A stretch of 64,000 nucleotides of DNA from Bythopirellula sp. (GTDB lineage: Bacteria; Planctomycetota; Planctomycetia; Pirellulales; Lacipirellulaceae), in NCBI GenBank assembly GCA_965216565.1, contig OZ244170.1:2624001-2688000 (forward strand), written 5' to 3'. The notes under the pieces are model-generated. The model did not search any database and was not told the origin of the DNA. It worked only from the letters and a program-made list of their open reading frames with translations. Below, in pieces: positions 38,528 to 48,605 of the stretch (positions are counted from its first letter, which is position 1; the number at the start of each line of letters is the position of its first letter). The translations under genes and the position numbers were made by a program.

Positions 38528-39433
38528 ATGACGGACTCGTCCGCCCTGCCCTTCGCTGCTATGCTGGAATCTATGACCGAAGCCTCCGAAAAAAGACCGC
38601 AGGTAATGATGCTGGCTGACGCGGCACGGCCGCAGATTAAGCAACGGGCCGACGAGTTGCGACCAGTGATCGAAAAATACTTCGACGTCGTTGCGACAGT
38701 GAACGACTTTTCGGGTGAATTACCAAACGAGCAAGTCGACTTCGCCGTGGTTCTTGGTGGCGATGGTTCCATTCTGCGGTCCGCCCGATTGATGGGCTAC
38801 GAACAGTTGCCCGTACTGGGTGTTAACTTGGGTCGGCTCGGTTTCTTGGCCGATCTACTTCCCGACGTTCTGGACGAAGTGCTACCACTCGTGGCCCAAG
38901 GCCAGTACCGCATCGTGCCTCACTTGATGTTCGAGTGCAGTATTTCAACCTCTGAAAGTGTGCAACAGCAGTGGCTGGGGCTCAATGAAGTAGCCGTGCT
39001 AGCAGGCCCCCCCTTCGCAATGCTCGATGTCGAGCTTTACGTTGACGGCATTTTGGCAACTACCTATAGTTGCGACGGCTTGATCGTAAGCACCCCGGTT
39101 GGCTCGACGGCTCATAACCTATCGGCCGGCGGACCAATCCTGCGAAAAGATTTGCAGGCGTTTGTGATCTCGCCAATTAGCCCGCACACGCTAACCAATC
39201 GTCCCGTCGTGGAATCAGCCGATCGTGCTTACGAATTGGCTGTGCCCGAGCCCCACGAAGGCACCACGCTGGTGATCGATGGCCGCGCGGTTCAACAGCT
39301 CAAAAGCCAAGATCGGATTCGCATTGAGCGATCCGAGGCGGTGTTTAAGCTGATTGAGGTTCACGGCTATGGCTATTATCGCGTCTTACGCGAGAAGCTG
39401 GGCTGGGGCGGGCGACTAAGAATGGATGACTGA
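38528..39433 (+). CDS. nadK: NAD(+) kinase
   Basis: LGGDGS, LGRLGFLA, LNEV, DGLIVSTPVGSTAHNLSAGGP; start may be 38561 or 38573. Confidence 0.95.
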   Translation: MTDSSALPFAAMLESMTEASEKRPQVMMLADAARPQIKQRADELRPVIEKYFDVVATVNDFSGELPNEQVDFAVVLGGDGSILRSARLMGYEQLPVLGVNLGRLGFLADLLPDVLDEVLPLVAQGQYRIVPHLMFECSISTSESVQQQWLGLNEVAVLAGPPFAMLDVELYVDGILATTYSCDGLIVSTPVGSTAHNLSAGGPILRKDLQAFVISPISPHTLTNRPVVESADRAYELAVPEPHEGTTLVIDGRAVQQLKSQDRIRIERSEAVFKLIEVHGYGYYRVLREKLGWGGRLRMDD

Positions 39434-39459
39434 CCCAACTCAAACGCGAAGGTGCAAGG

Positions 39460-40386
39460 ATGCACAGCAACTCATTATTTCGGACCTCTCTTTTCCTTAG
39501 TCTCTCCTGCTTCTGCTGCACCGCCTTATTCGCTGCCGGCGAAGAAAGCAGTTCCGAGCAAGCATACGAGCTTGCTTATAAGTTTAAGATGGGCGAAGTC
39601 ATTCGCTACGCGGTTAGGCATACCGCCAATATCCGGAGCACCATCGAAGGCACTTCGCAGGATGCTGAGAGCAAGAGCGAATCGATCAAAGCTTGGAAAG
39701 TCACCGACGTACTACCCAACGGCGAGATGGAATTTATCCACGTCGTTGAGACCGTGAAAATGTCCAACCGCGTGCCCAATCGGGCTGAGGTTGTCTACGA
39801 CAGCCAGGCTGACAAGACCCCGCCCGTGGGATTTGAACAGGCGGCCCGCGCTGTAGGAGTGCCTCTATCGCTGATTCGTATCACCACCAGCGGCGAGATC
39901 GTCCATCGCGAGGAAAAACATCCTCAGCCGGAAACTAACGACGATGTCCCAATCACTCTGCAACTGCCCGAGCACAAGCTTGCTATCGGCGAAAAATGGG
40001 ATACCGCCTATGACGTCCCACTGGAACTGAAGAGTGGCGGCAAAACATCTGCCCGCACACGTCGCGTTTGCACCTTAGAAAACGTGGCTGGAGGAATCGC
40101 CACAATCAAAGTTGACTACCAGGTTCTCACGCCTGTGAGCCCGCATCTGGAGTCGCAATTGGTGGACCGTCTGACCGATGGCACGGTCCGATTCGACATC
40201 GACAAGGGCCGGGTTGTCTCGCAGAAATTTGCGGCCGACAAGCGAGTCATCGGATTTGCTGGCGAGGCGAGCAGCATGCACTACGTCTCTCGTCTGGAAG
40301 AGAAACTGCTCAAGCCGGGTCAGCGCGTGGCCCAAAGAAAAGCGACAAAGCGAGAAGTGTCGCAATCTCAGACCGACAACAAATAG
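39460..40386 (+). CDS. Hypothetical exported beta-rich protein
   Basis: Signal peptide; LAYKFKMGE, GTVRFDIDKGR. Confidence 0.75.
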   Translation: MHSNSLFRTSLFLSLSCFCCTALFAAGEESSSEQAYELAYKFKMGEVIRYAVRHTANIRSTIEGTSQDAESKSESIKAWKVTDVLPNGEMEFIHVVETVKMSNRVPNRAEVVYDSQADKTPPVGFEQAARAVGVPLSLIRITTSGEIVHREEKHPQPETNDDVPITLQLPEHKLAIGEKWDTAYDVPLELKSGGKTSARTRRVCTLENVAGGIATIKVDYQVLTPVSPHLESQLVDRLTDGTVRFDIDKGRVVSQKFAADKRVIGFAGEASSMHYVSRLEEKLLKPGQRVAQRKATKREVSQSQTDNK

Positions 40387-40430
40387 CCACCCCGCCAACA
40401 AAGCAAACTGAGTTGTATTGGAGAATTGAT

Positions 40431-41030
40431 ATGCGTTACCTACTTTCGACGATGCTCGTTGTTTCCACACTAGTAATCACCGGCTGCAATCAGAGTGCTG
40501 ATCTTGCGGGACGCGTGGCGATTGTGGATTTAGACTCGGTCGCAGACCAACTCGGCCGCGAAGCCGCTATTGTCTCGGCTATCAAGCAACGGGAAGCAAC
40601 ACTTAGTCAGCAAGTTGCCGGCGCAAAGTCGAGTTACGAAATTCAGCTGCGCGACACCAAGGCACAATTGGGCACTGAACCAACAAAACAGCAAGCTCAG
40701 CAATTTGCTCAGCTGCAACAACAAGCGAATCTGAAACTTAAGCAAGTAGCTCAGCAAGCTCAAAACAATTTAAAGCAACATCGAGCACAACTCCTGCAAC
40801 AATTCCGCGAGGAGGCCAAATCGGTCGCCCAGCAAGTCGCACGCGAGCGAGGTTTTTCCTTGGTCGTTACCAAGAACGATTCCATCGTACTCGCTTTTGA
40901 CGGCACTTCAGATATTACAGCGGCTGTAACCCAGCGGATGCAGGCATTGTCTCACACAGCAAGAATGCCTTCGTTGCAATCTACAGAGACAAACACGGCT
41001 GCTGTTCCAACCCCATTTACACAGCGATAG
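40431..41030 (+). CDS. OmpH/Skp family lipoprotein
   Basis: ITGC lipobox; VAIVDLDSV; Gln-rich coiled coil; VARERGFSLVV...DITAAV. Confidence 0.85.
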   Translation: MRYLLSTMLVVSTLVITGCNQSADLAGRVAIVDLDSVADQLGREAAIVSAIKQREATLSQQVAGAKSSYEIQLRDTKAQLGTEPTKQQAQQFAQLQQQANLKLKQVAQQAQNNLKQHRAQLLQQFREEAKSVAQQVARERGFSLVVTKNDSIVLAFDGTSDITAAVTQRMQALSHTARMPSLQSTETNTAAVPTPFTQR

Positions 41031-41290
41031 CTGTCGTACGGCGGTTTGTTCCTGGGCTGCTACACAGTCTGCGAAGATTGCCCATCTATTAGACATTCGA
41101 CCGATAAAATCTTCTGCTGCGCCCAGAAAAAGAGCGATTCAAAGTGTAATCGCTGGTCCGAGGCTTCAAATTGTCTCGAAATCTTGTAATCGCCCCATAA
41201 CCGGATAGAATCTGGTCTGCAAGCGATTGCAATCTTCTCTGGAAGTGACCTCCTAAAGCGAAAAAGTCTAAGAGTACGCTAGTGAAACTG

Positions 41291-41358
41291 TGACTAAAAA
41301 GCCAAAGATGCGTGCGCACTAAACTGTGTGCCCGTGCGTCTGTGGCTTTTTTCTGTCA
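41291..41358 (+). promoter_or_regulatory. Long leader hairpin with U-tract upstream of a PEP-CTERM gene (putative attenuator/terminator)
   Basis: AAAAAGCCA-A-AGATGC ... GCGTCT-G-TGGCTTTTT(T). Confidence 0.55.
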
Positions 41359-41527
41359 TGCCTCTTTTTCCCTGGATTCCGCCGGGGCCTGATCCGAGTT
41401 TGCGGCAGAGATCAGCCGATCGAAGCAATTGCCAATTAACTTTGGTAGGCGCATCGTCAGATGGCTAACAATCATTTTTTTGGATAGTAGTTGACGATCA
41501 ACTAACTTGTACTTGAGGAGATGGGTA

Positions 41528-42286
41528 ATGAAACGAATCGCAATACTGTTAGTATTAGCTTGTTTGGTGACAAAGGCTGAAATTCTGCTTGCCGGGGCTT
41601 CCTTGCCAGATCAGGAACTTTGGGGAGCACGAGCCGCAGCGGATGACGGCAGTTTTGGCCAATCTTCTGGTGGTGCTGAGGTAACCTTTGCAGAAGCGCT
41701 GCCTGGCAACACCGAAGCCACGTCCAGTTCAAAATTGACTGCAGGGATTGGTCTACCGGAGCTAAAGATCTTCGCTTTCGGCGCTTCAAGCCAGAACGCA
41801 CAGGCCGAGGGCATCCAGAAGTATCGCTACGACGGCTCAGAGTCGGGCGACGTGGTGGTCAACGGCTTGTTTAGCGCAACCATCAGCGGCGCAGCTCAAT
41901 TCGAAGGCGAAGTGGCCATCTTGACCGAAGACGGCTTGCTCTTTAATACTGAGAGCGAAATGGCACAGCTATTTACCGAAGGCCAGCTTCGGGCAAATCT
42001 CGATGAGACCATCGATGCTGCAGACAGAAATTCAGGCCAGTCTTCCTCCACAGCTACATTGGATATCGGAGTAGAAGCCAATCTAGATCCGGGTACCATC
42101 TTTTGGGTTTACGGATACTTCGGTGGCACAGCCTTTGAGGGAGAGGTTGATGGACTTTCCACGGGGACCTTCAGCTTTGCCGATCCCTCAAATATTACCT
42201 TGTTGGGGCAAGGCGTGCCCGAACCGGGATCGCTGGCATTAGCATCGCTAGTTGCCCTGGCTCTGCTCTCTCGAAGACGCATTTAG
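41528..42286 (+). CDS. PEP-CTERM sorting-domain protein
   Basis: Signal peptide; VPEPGSLALASLVALALLSRRRI. Confidence 0.85.
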   Translation: MKRIAILLVLACLVTKAEILLAGASLPDQELWGARAAADDGSFGQSSGGAEVTFAEALPGNTEATSSSKLTAGIGLPELKIFAFGASSQNAQAEGIQKYRYDGSESGDVVVNGLFSATISGAAQFEGEVAILTEDGLLFNTESEMAQLFTEGQLRANLDETIDAADRNSGQSSSTATLDIGVEANLDPGTIFWVYGYFGGTAFEGEVDGLSTGTFSFADPSNITLLGQGVPEPGSLALASLVALALLSRRRI

Positions 42287-42323
42287 CGGAGCAAGACAGT
42301 CATACCTTTTCAGATTCCAGAGC

Positions 42324-44306
42324 TCAGGCCTTGAGCGGAACACCGTCCGCATTAGTCCCTGAGCTCTTGGTTTCTGTTTTCAGAACGACGTCTTTTCGGC
42401 CTGCCGATCGAAATCTGGCGTGAAGCGACTCCCAGTCGATGGTAAGCCTGCCCCCCGTGTTCTCATGCTGTTTTGCCCAGTTCATCAATAGTTCCAGACA
42501 TGCATGATCGATGAAGTCGAGGTGTTCGAAATCGACATGCAAATCGGTGCCCCGCGGCACACGTTCCAACTCAGCGGCAATTACGGGCAAACGCAGGAAA
42601 GAGGCAGAACCGTTCACCTTTAAGACGGCTGAGCGGCTTTCCTCATCGACCGTTAGGTCCGTTTCCAGCTGCGAAATGCTGTGGAGGAGTTTGGCGGCTG
42701 CGAGGACAATTCCCACTACCACCCCCGTCAACAAATCGGTACAGACGATGGTCGCCAAGGTTACGAAGTAAATCAAAACTTCGAATTTGCCGTACTTCGC
42801 GAGCTCGCGAATGGCGTTGATATTTACCAGTTTGTAGCCCGTATAAACCAGAATCGCTGCCAAGGCAGCGGTAGGGATTTGACGCAGCAAAAAGCCTAGC
42901 GATACAACAAAAATTAGCAGCCAAATACCATGCAAGATCGCCGAGAGCCGCGTTTTCCCGCCGGCTTGGACGTTGGCCGAGCTTCGCACAATCACACCTG
43001 TCATCGGGAGAGCACCCAGGAAACCGCAAATTGTGTTTCCCACCCCTTGGGCGAACAACTCGCGGTCGTAGTCGGTCCGCGGGCCATGATGCATCTGATC
43101 GACAGCCGTCGCGCAGAGCAAGGTCTCGGCACTGGCGACGATGGCAATAATTGCTGCCGATTGCAGCAGTGTCAGTAAACTGAGCTCTGAGAGGACGGCC
43201 ATAGAAGGAAAGTGGATGCCTTCCCACAACTGGTCGGGTACCTCAACATACAAGACTGGCATGCTAAACATGATGGCGGCAGCAGTGGAAGCGATCACCG
43301 CAACCAATGGGGCGGGTAAGACTTTTAGTTTACCTGGAACAAATTGCCAGACGATAATGACGCCGATGGCCAACAACCCTAGCTGGGCCGCGGAACGGTG
43401 GTTCTTCAAACTGCCGAGTAGATTATCCATCTCATCCACGGCCTGATCCTGCGCAGCCAATACCTCAGCCGGATCTCCCTCATCCATTGCAGAAAGGGCT
43501 ATCTGGCCCTGGTTCCTAGATTCGGCAATGGCCTCTTCGATTCGTTCCGCTTGCTCTGGGTCGGAATGCCTATGCTCCTCTTGTTGGATTTCGCTGGTAA
43601 CCTCTGCCAGGCGATCGTTGATCGTCTGCTGCGATTCGGAGTATTGCTCTAGTGACTCCTCAGAAGCAGCCAGTTGCTCGGCTGAGAAATCGATGTTTGG
43701 ATCGTGGATGTGGGGGAAGAGCTCGGCCACGCGTTCCTGCATTTCCACCTGCTGGCGGTGCAATTCACCCACCTCTTGCAAGGCTGCCTTGTGAAACACC
43801 CGCGATTCGTGATCGTAGCTCCCCGAGTCGGCAAACGCTTTGTAGATTGCTTGGGGGATGGTCACGAGATTTTCGATGCCATTGCCCTTGGGCTTGTCAT
43901 CGACCATCACGTGAAACTGGCTGGCGAAAATCAGGACGCCGATGCCCGCCAACATGCCTTTGATCACTGCGGGTGAAACAGCACGGAACCACTGCCCCAG
44001 CTTAAAGATGCCTGCCAAGAGCTGCATCACACCCGCTAAGAGCACGATAATACCAAGCGACTCCAAACCAAACCGCAGGACAATGTCGACGATAATCACG
44101 GTAAGGCCGGCCGCCGGGCCGCTTACCTGGAGCGGAGAACCGGCAATCGAGCCGACGACTATTCCGCCCACAATGCCCGTGATGAGTCCCGCTGCGACGG
44201 GAACTCCCGATGCAATGGCAATGCCCATGCACAGTGGCAGGGCGACGAGGAAGACCACCATGGATGCCATGAAGTCTTGCTTGAATGTGCTCTCTTTTTG
44301 CGACAT
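42324..44306 (-). CDS. SulP/SLC26 family anion (bicarbonate/sulfate) transporter with STAS domain
   Basis: VFLVALPLCMGIA, QVSGPAAG, ASAETLL, GVIVRSSAN; C-terminal LDFIDHAC. Confidence 0.93.
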   Translation of the reverse strand: MSQKESTFKQDFMASMVVFLVALPLCMGIAIASGVPVAAGLITGIVGGIVVGSIAGSPLQVSGPAAGLTVIIVDIVLRFGLESLGIIVLLAGVMQLLAGIFKLGQWFRAVSPAVIKGMLAGIGVLIFASQFHVMVDDKPKGNGIENLVTIPQAIYKAFADSGSYDHESRVFHKAALQEVGELHRQQVEMQERVAELFPHIHDPNIDFSAEQLAASEESLEQYSESQQTINDRLAEVTSEIQQEEHRHSDPEQAERIEEAIAESRNQGQIALSAMDEGDPAEVLAAQDQAVDEMDNLLGSLKNHRSAAQLGLLAIGVIIVWQFVPGKLKVLPAPLVAVIASTAAAIMFSMPVLYVEVPDQLWEGIHFPSMAVLSELSLLTLLQSAAIIAIVASAETLLCATAVDQMHHGPRTDYDRELFAQGVGNTICGFLGALPMTGVIVRSSANVQAGGKTRLSAILHGIWLLIFVVSLGFLLRQIPTAALAAILVYTGYKLVNINAIRELAKYGKFEVLIYFVTLATIVCTDLLTGVVVGIVLAAAKLLHSISQLETDLTVDEESRSAVLKVNGSASFLRLPVIAAELERVPRGTDLHVDFEHLDFIDHACLELLMNWAKQHENTGGRLTIDWESLHARFRSAGRKDVVLKTETKSSGTNADGVPLKA

Positions 44307-44592
44307 CGATCCTATTTCTCCGTGGTGTTTCCCCATTAGCTTACAGGCTGGGAAAATGGATTACTACCGAAATTGAAGGGAAATAGGTTCCCAAATCGCA
44401 CCGAACTGGGGAATACCAGAATCACAGCTGGTAGCAGCCAACTGGGAGCCAACCGCCATCCTTCGGGTTCCTGGTAGCTTCTCAGTATCCCCCAAACCGA
44501 AGGTGAAGCAGATTACAAACAGCTGTATACTCATCCGCATCCTGGCGTAGCTACCTCGGCACCCCACTGGCACCTGCCCTGATCGTCCTGAA

Positions 44593-45474
44593 ATGTCTCA
44601 CACCAACCAATCCACACCGCCATCGAACCGCACCTGGCGGGAGCGGTGGTACGAAATTATCTTCGAAGCCGACACCCCCGCCGGCAAATTGTTTGATGTA
44701 TTGCTGCTGGTCGCCATTTTGCTCAGCGTGTTGGTTGTGATGTGCGAGAGTGTCGAGAGCATCCGAGACGAGCATGGCAACTTTCTTGTCGCTGCCGAGT
44801 GGTTTTTCACCGTTCTGTTTACCATCGAATACGTGGCACGAATCGTCTGTGCCCATCGTCCCCTGCGCTACATCTTCAGCTTTTACGGCATCGTCGATTT
44901 ATTGGCCATTCTGCCAACTTATTTAATGATGTTGCCAGTCTTTGCCGGGTCCGCAGAAGCGCAGCGGCTGGCCGTGATTCGCGCCCTGCGGTTGCTACGG
45001 GCGTTTCGGATTTTCAAGCTCGCGCACATGCTTTCGGAAGCGACCGCCTTACGGCAAGCAATTTGGGCGGCGAGGGCGAAAGTGGCGGTGTTTCTTTCTG
45101 TGGTTGTAATTGCGATTGTGATCGTCGGCTCAGCCATGCACTTGATTGAGGGAGGCCGCGGCGGCAAAGACGTGAACGGCAATCTTATTCCGAATGGATT
45201 CGACTCGGTGCCGGAAAGTATGTACTGGGCGGTGGTGACGATGACCACCGTCGGCTATGGCGACGTTTCGCCCACGACCTCATTGGGAAAGTTTCTAGCT
45301 GCATGCATGATGATGTTGGGGTACTGCATGATCATTGTGCCAACGAGCATCGTCTCGGCAGAGTTAGCTCACGGCGATAGCAAACCGTTGACCACGCAAG
45401 TCTGCCCAGTGTGCATGGCGGAGGGGCACGACCACGATGCCAAGCACTGTAAGTTCTGCGGCGGGAAGCTGTAG
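44593..45474 (+). CDS. Voltage-gated potassium channel (ion transporter) with C-terminal Zn ribbon
   Basis: S4-like RALRLLRAFRIFK; TMTTVGYGD filter; CPVC...CKFC. Confidence 0.95.
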   Translation: MSHTNQSTPPSNRTWRERWYEIIFEADTPAGKLFDVLLLVAILLSVLVVMCESVESIRDEHGNFLVAAEWFFTVLFTIEYVARIVCAHRPLRYIFSFYGIVDLLAILPTYLMMLPVFAGSAEAQRLAVIRALRLLRAFRIFKLAHMLSEATALRQAIWAARAKVAVFLSVVVIAIVIVGSAMHLIEGGRGGKDVNGNLIPNGFDSVPESMYWAVVTMTTVGYGDVSPTTSLGKFLAACMMMLGYCMIIVPTSIVSAELAHGDSKPLTTQVCPVCMAEGHDHDAKHCKFCGGKL

Positions 45475-45488
45475 AAATTGGCTCAGCG

Positions 45489-45556
45489 ATTCTTAGCCGC
45501 TGTAATTCTAAGCTGCTGTAATTCTAAGCTGTCATAATTCTAAGCTGCTGTAATTC
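45489..45556. repeat. 16-bp tandem repeat, about 4.25 copies
   Basis: Consensus ATTCTAAGCTGCTGTA. Confidence 0.9.
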
Positions 45557-46101
45557 GACTCTAGCGACCGAGAATAGAGGCTGAGATTCTGGTTGGCCGT
45601 ATGGTAGATTGATGCAAGTTCATAACAGCCACCCTCATATGTGCCGCCTTTGCGTGTTTTTTGACCGACGGGCTATATTTCTCGGGGATAAATAAATACC
45701 TTGCTAGGATTGAAATCTATATCTTGTGTCGAACAAGAATTGGCACACAAGAAAGCAAATTCGCGATTGCCTATTTTGTGTCGTGATGTCTGGCAATCCA
45801 CTACTGCTAGTGTCGCCCCAACGCAGAAAATGGCTCAAAACAAACGCTTGACGTACAAGCCTTATTAAATTGGGGAAATCCTGATTGCTTAGTCGGTGGA
45901 GCAGCGATAATTGAAGCTCCCATCGCCAGTACGATTCCCTCTGAATTTGGTGGCAAGCTTAGCGAGAGCCTGCCCAAGAAACACTTTGCCGGCGAGGCGG
46001 TATTTTGATATAACAGGGCCACGCCAGAATCAGTGAGTAGAGGGGAATTTCGAGGGGCCCAATAGGCGACTAGCTGAGTTCTTTCTGCGAACTCGCATGC
46101 C

Positions 46102-47946
46102 ATGAAAGATTCGACTGTGCGACTTCCAACTTCTTTTTGGGCCCTGGCCTTTATAGCTATCACGGCCAGTCTCTCCGTGGAGAGTTCGTCCCACGCCCTG
46201 ACGATTGCCGCTCCCAATAACATTTGGGATCTACCCGCGGAAGAAGTAGGCTCCTGGCACAATGCGTCGAACTGGTCAGACGGTGTGCCAGATGCGTTGG
46301 ACATCGTCGCGATCCAAGGCGGACAGGTTCGCATCCGCCGAGGGTTTGCAACGGCGGGGACCTTAGAACTCGCCAGATACCGGCCAGCATTGGAACTCTC
46401 GGATAATCTTTTGATTCAGTCCGGCGGGCGCGCCAAATTTGGTGGACTGAGTATTAAGGATGGCACCTACGACATGAAGGGCGGGTCTCTTTCGACAAAA
46501 GGTTTGACTGTGGGGAATGCTCCATTCCTCGGGTTCCGTCCTCTGCCTGTGCCTGTGCCTGTGCCTGTACCCGATCCGAATTCACCTTGGCTGATCCAGC
46601 CCGGAGGCATCCAACCGATTCTCATCGAGCCAATCGTACCCTGGGAACCTAGCGAGGGAGAGGCTAGCGAAGAGATTCCGATCGACCCTATCGAAACACA
46701 GCCAACAATCTTCCGCTTTCCGGCAGTACAGTTTCATCAGTCGAGAGGAAGGGCAAGAATTGAAGATCGACTATCAATCTACGGTGGAGGTGTGAGACTC
46801 TCGGGCGGGCGGCTCTCGACAGAATCTCTCCTACTCGATGTATCCGACCTGAATACTCTAATTCTGAACGACTCTCCAGCAGCTCGCGGCTTTGAACAAG
46901 ACGGCGGTTTCGCAAAGATCCATGACTCGCTGCTTATCCAAAACGGCAGCTACACGATGTCGGCTGGCGTGATGAAGGTCGATCGCATCGCCATCGGCGA
47001 TCCCGCGATGGACGATGGCTCCCCCGATTCTTCCAATCGACGCCCCGAATTTCGGCAAGATGGTGGATATGTCAACGTGGCTGGCAACTTGGAATTGTGC
47101 GCGCCGGCTTTCGTTTGGCCGATCCGGCCTTTTGCAGCTGTGAACTACCACTTGGAAGGCGGTAAGCTACGCGTCGGTGGCGACGCCGTGGTCGGCAGTA
47201 TGGGAGCGGCGCCAACGAACTTTTTTCATCGTGGCGGACGTGCCACGATTGATGGGACGCTGCGAATCGAAGGCGATACGAGTCGCTACGATATCAGCGG
47301 AGGCAAACTTTTTGCAAACACTCTCGAAGTCAGCAAGGGCGTCTTCAATACAGGAGGGACGTTTGCCTTTTCGGCCCCGGCTGATGTCTCAGTGAGAAGC
47401 CATATTTTTCTCGGTGAAGAAAGCCGGATCGAAGCAGTCCCTGGCAGTCGACTGAGATTCCAAGGCGATTCGTTCGAAAATCACAGCACCCTTGCTGCGA
47501 ATCATCGCGGACTAAATGACTTGAAGTTGATTGTCGAGAGCGACCAGCGCGATTTATTGCGTTTCGGGCCCTCACGATTCACAACGCTCGAAGTGGGAGG
47601 AGAGGATTTTGGCGACGTCTCAGCAGGTTACACAGAGAACTTCGCACTCGATACGCTTCAGGTTGGAAGTAAACGCGCTGCCAATCTGCGCTTGGTAGAT
47701 TTGGTGGATAACCAGCTCGAGTATGACGGCGCCGAAGCCCTCTATGTCGATCACTTGCATGTTAGCCCGGGATCGATTCTCGACCTGGGAGGACTTTCTC
47801 TGTACTACCGTTCGGCAAATATTCTCGGTGAAATTCTTGATGGTACCGCGAAATCTATTCTCTCAACCGTTCCGGAACCTGGGTCTCTAAGCTTGTTATT
47901 GACGGGCCTGCTAATCTGCGGGCGTCGACGTCGCGTATTACCCTGA
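46102..47946 (+). CDS. PEP-CTERM protein with beta-helix/autotransporter-passenger-like repeats
   Basis: WHNASNWSDGVP; xQxGG and YxxxGG repeats; VPEPGS + TM + RRRR. Confidence 0.85.
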   Translation: MKDSTVRLPTSFWALAFIAITASLSVESSSHALTIAAPNNIWDLPAEEVGSWHNASNWSDGVPDALDIVAIQGGQVRIRRGFATAGTLELARYRPALELSDNLLIQSGGRAKFGGLSIKDGTYDMKGGSLSTKGLTVGNAPFLGFRPLPVPVPVPVPDPNSPWLIQPGGIQPILIEPIVPWEPSEGEASEEIPIDPIETQPTIFRFPAVQFHQSRGRARIEDRLSIYGGGVRLSGGRLSTESLLLDVSDLNTLILNDSPAARGFEQDGGFAKIHDSLLIQNGSYTMSAGVMKVDRIAIGDPAMDDGSPDSSNRRPEFRQDGGYVNVAGNLELCAPAFVWPIRPFAAVNYHLEGGKLRVGGDAVVGSMGAAPTNFFHRGGRATIDGTLRIEGDTSRYDISGGKLFANTLEVSKGVFNTGGTFAFSAPADVSVRSHIFLGEESRIEAVPGSRLRFQGDSFENHSTLAANHRGLNDLKLIVESDQRDLLRFGPSRFTTLEVGGEDFGDVSAGYTENFALDTLQVGSKRAANLRLVDLVDNQLEYDGAEALYVDHLHVSPGSILDLGGLSLYYRSANILGEILDGTAKSILSTVPEPGSLSLLLTGLLICGRRRRVLP

Positions 47947-48388
47947 CTCGGTCACCGCTTAGGGTGCGTCGTGGTGCTTCTTTCTAGTAACCGCGAATAG
48001 CGCTAATCGTCACGAATTTGAAGGAACCTTTTTTAGTTAACGTGATTAGGGTGTCGCCCCCATTTGTGTGATGATGCAGTCCGACGTTGGTTAGCTATTG
48101 GCCTAATTCGCTTCGGTGGGGGCGACTGAAGCGTCGTAGCCAGTCCCTCTAAAGTACAGAGGTCAATGAACCCGATGCAGAGCAGCAAATGAGTCGACTC
48201 TAAGCTCAAACCGCGTAGTTCGCGATGAAGCCGGTATATTCCCTATCCCATTTAGCCATTGAAATGCTAAGTTACGCGGTGTTTTATCGCCAATTTAGCC
48301 TGTCTCCCGTATGTTTCTTGCGTATCTCTCAGGATGCAACTAAAATGCACCCGTCGTATGCATAAGATAGTAAATACAAACCAAGGAC

Positions 48389-48472
48389 AAGAACTAACGT
48401 AAAGCCGCCACGAATCAATGCACTTTGGCTACATCAAGGTAGTTTCCGTGCGGGGTTCGTGGCGGCTTTCTT
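48389..48472 (+). promoter_or_regulatory. Conserved structured leader element, copy A
   Basis: AAGAACTAAC, then stem AAAGCCGCCACGAATC / GGTTCGTGGCGGCTTT; homologous to 55905-55984. Confidence 0.65.
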
Positions 48473-48605
48473 AATGGCTACACCTATTAGTTTGAGGCAA
48501 GCTTCAAAGTCGTTGAAAGGATATGCCGGTTTTTTGCAAATGCTTAGTATTAGTAATAAGAAATCGTTCTCAAAAAAACTCATTTTTCTCTACAGATAGT
48601 CCAAC

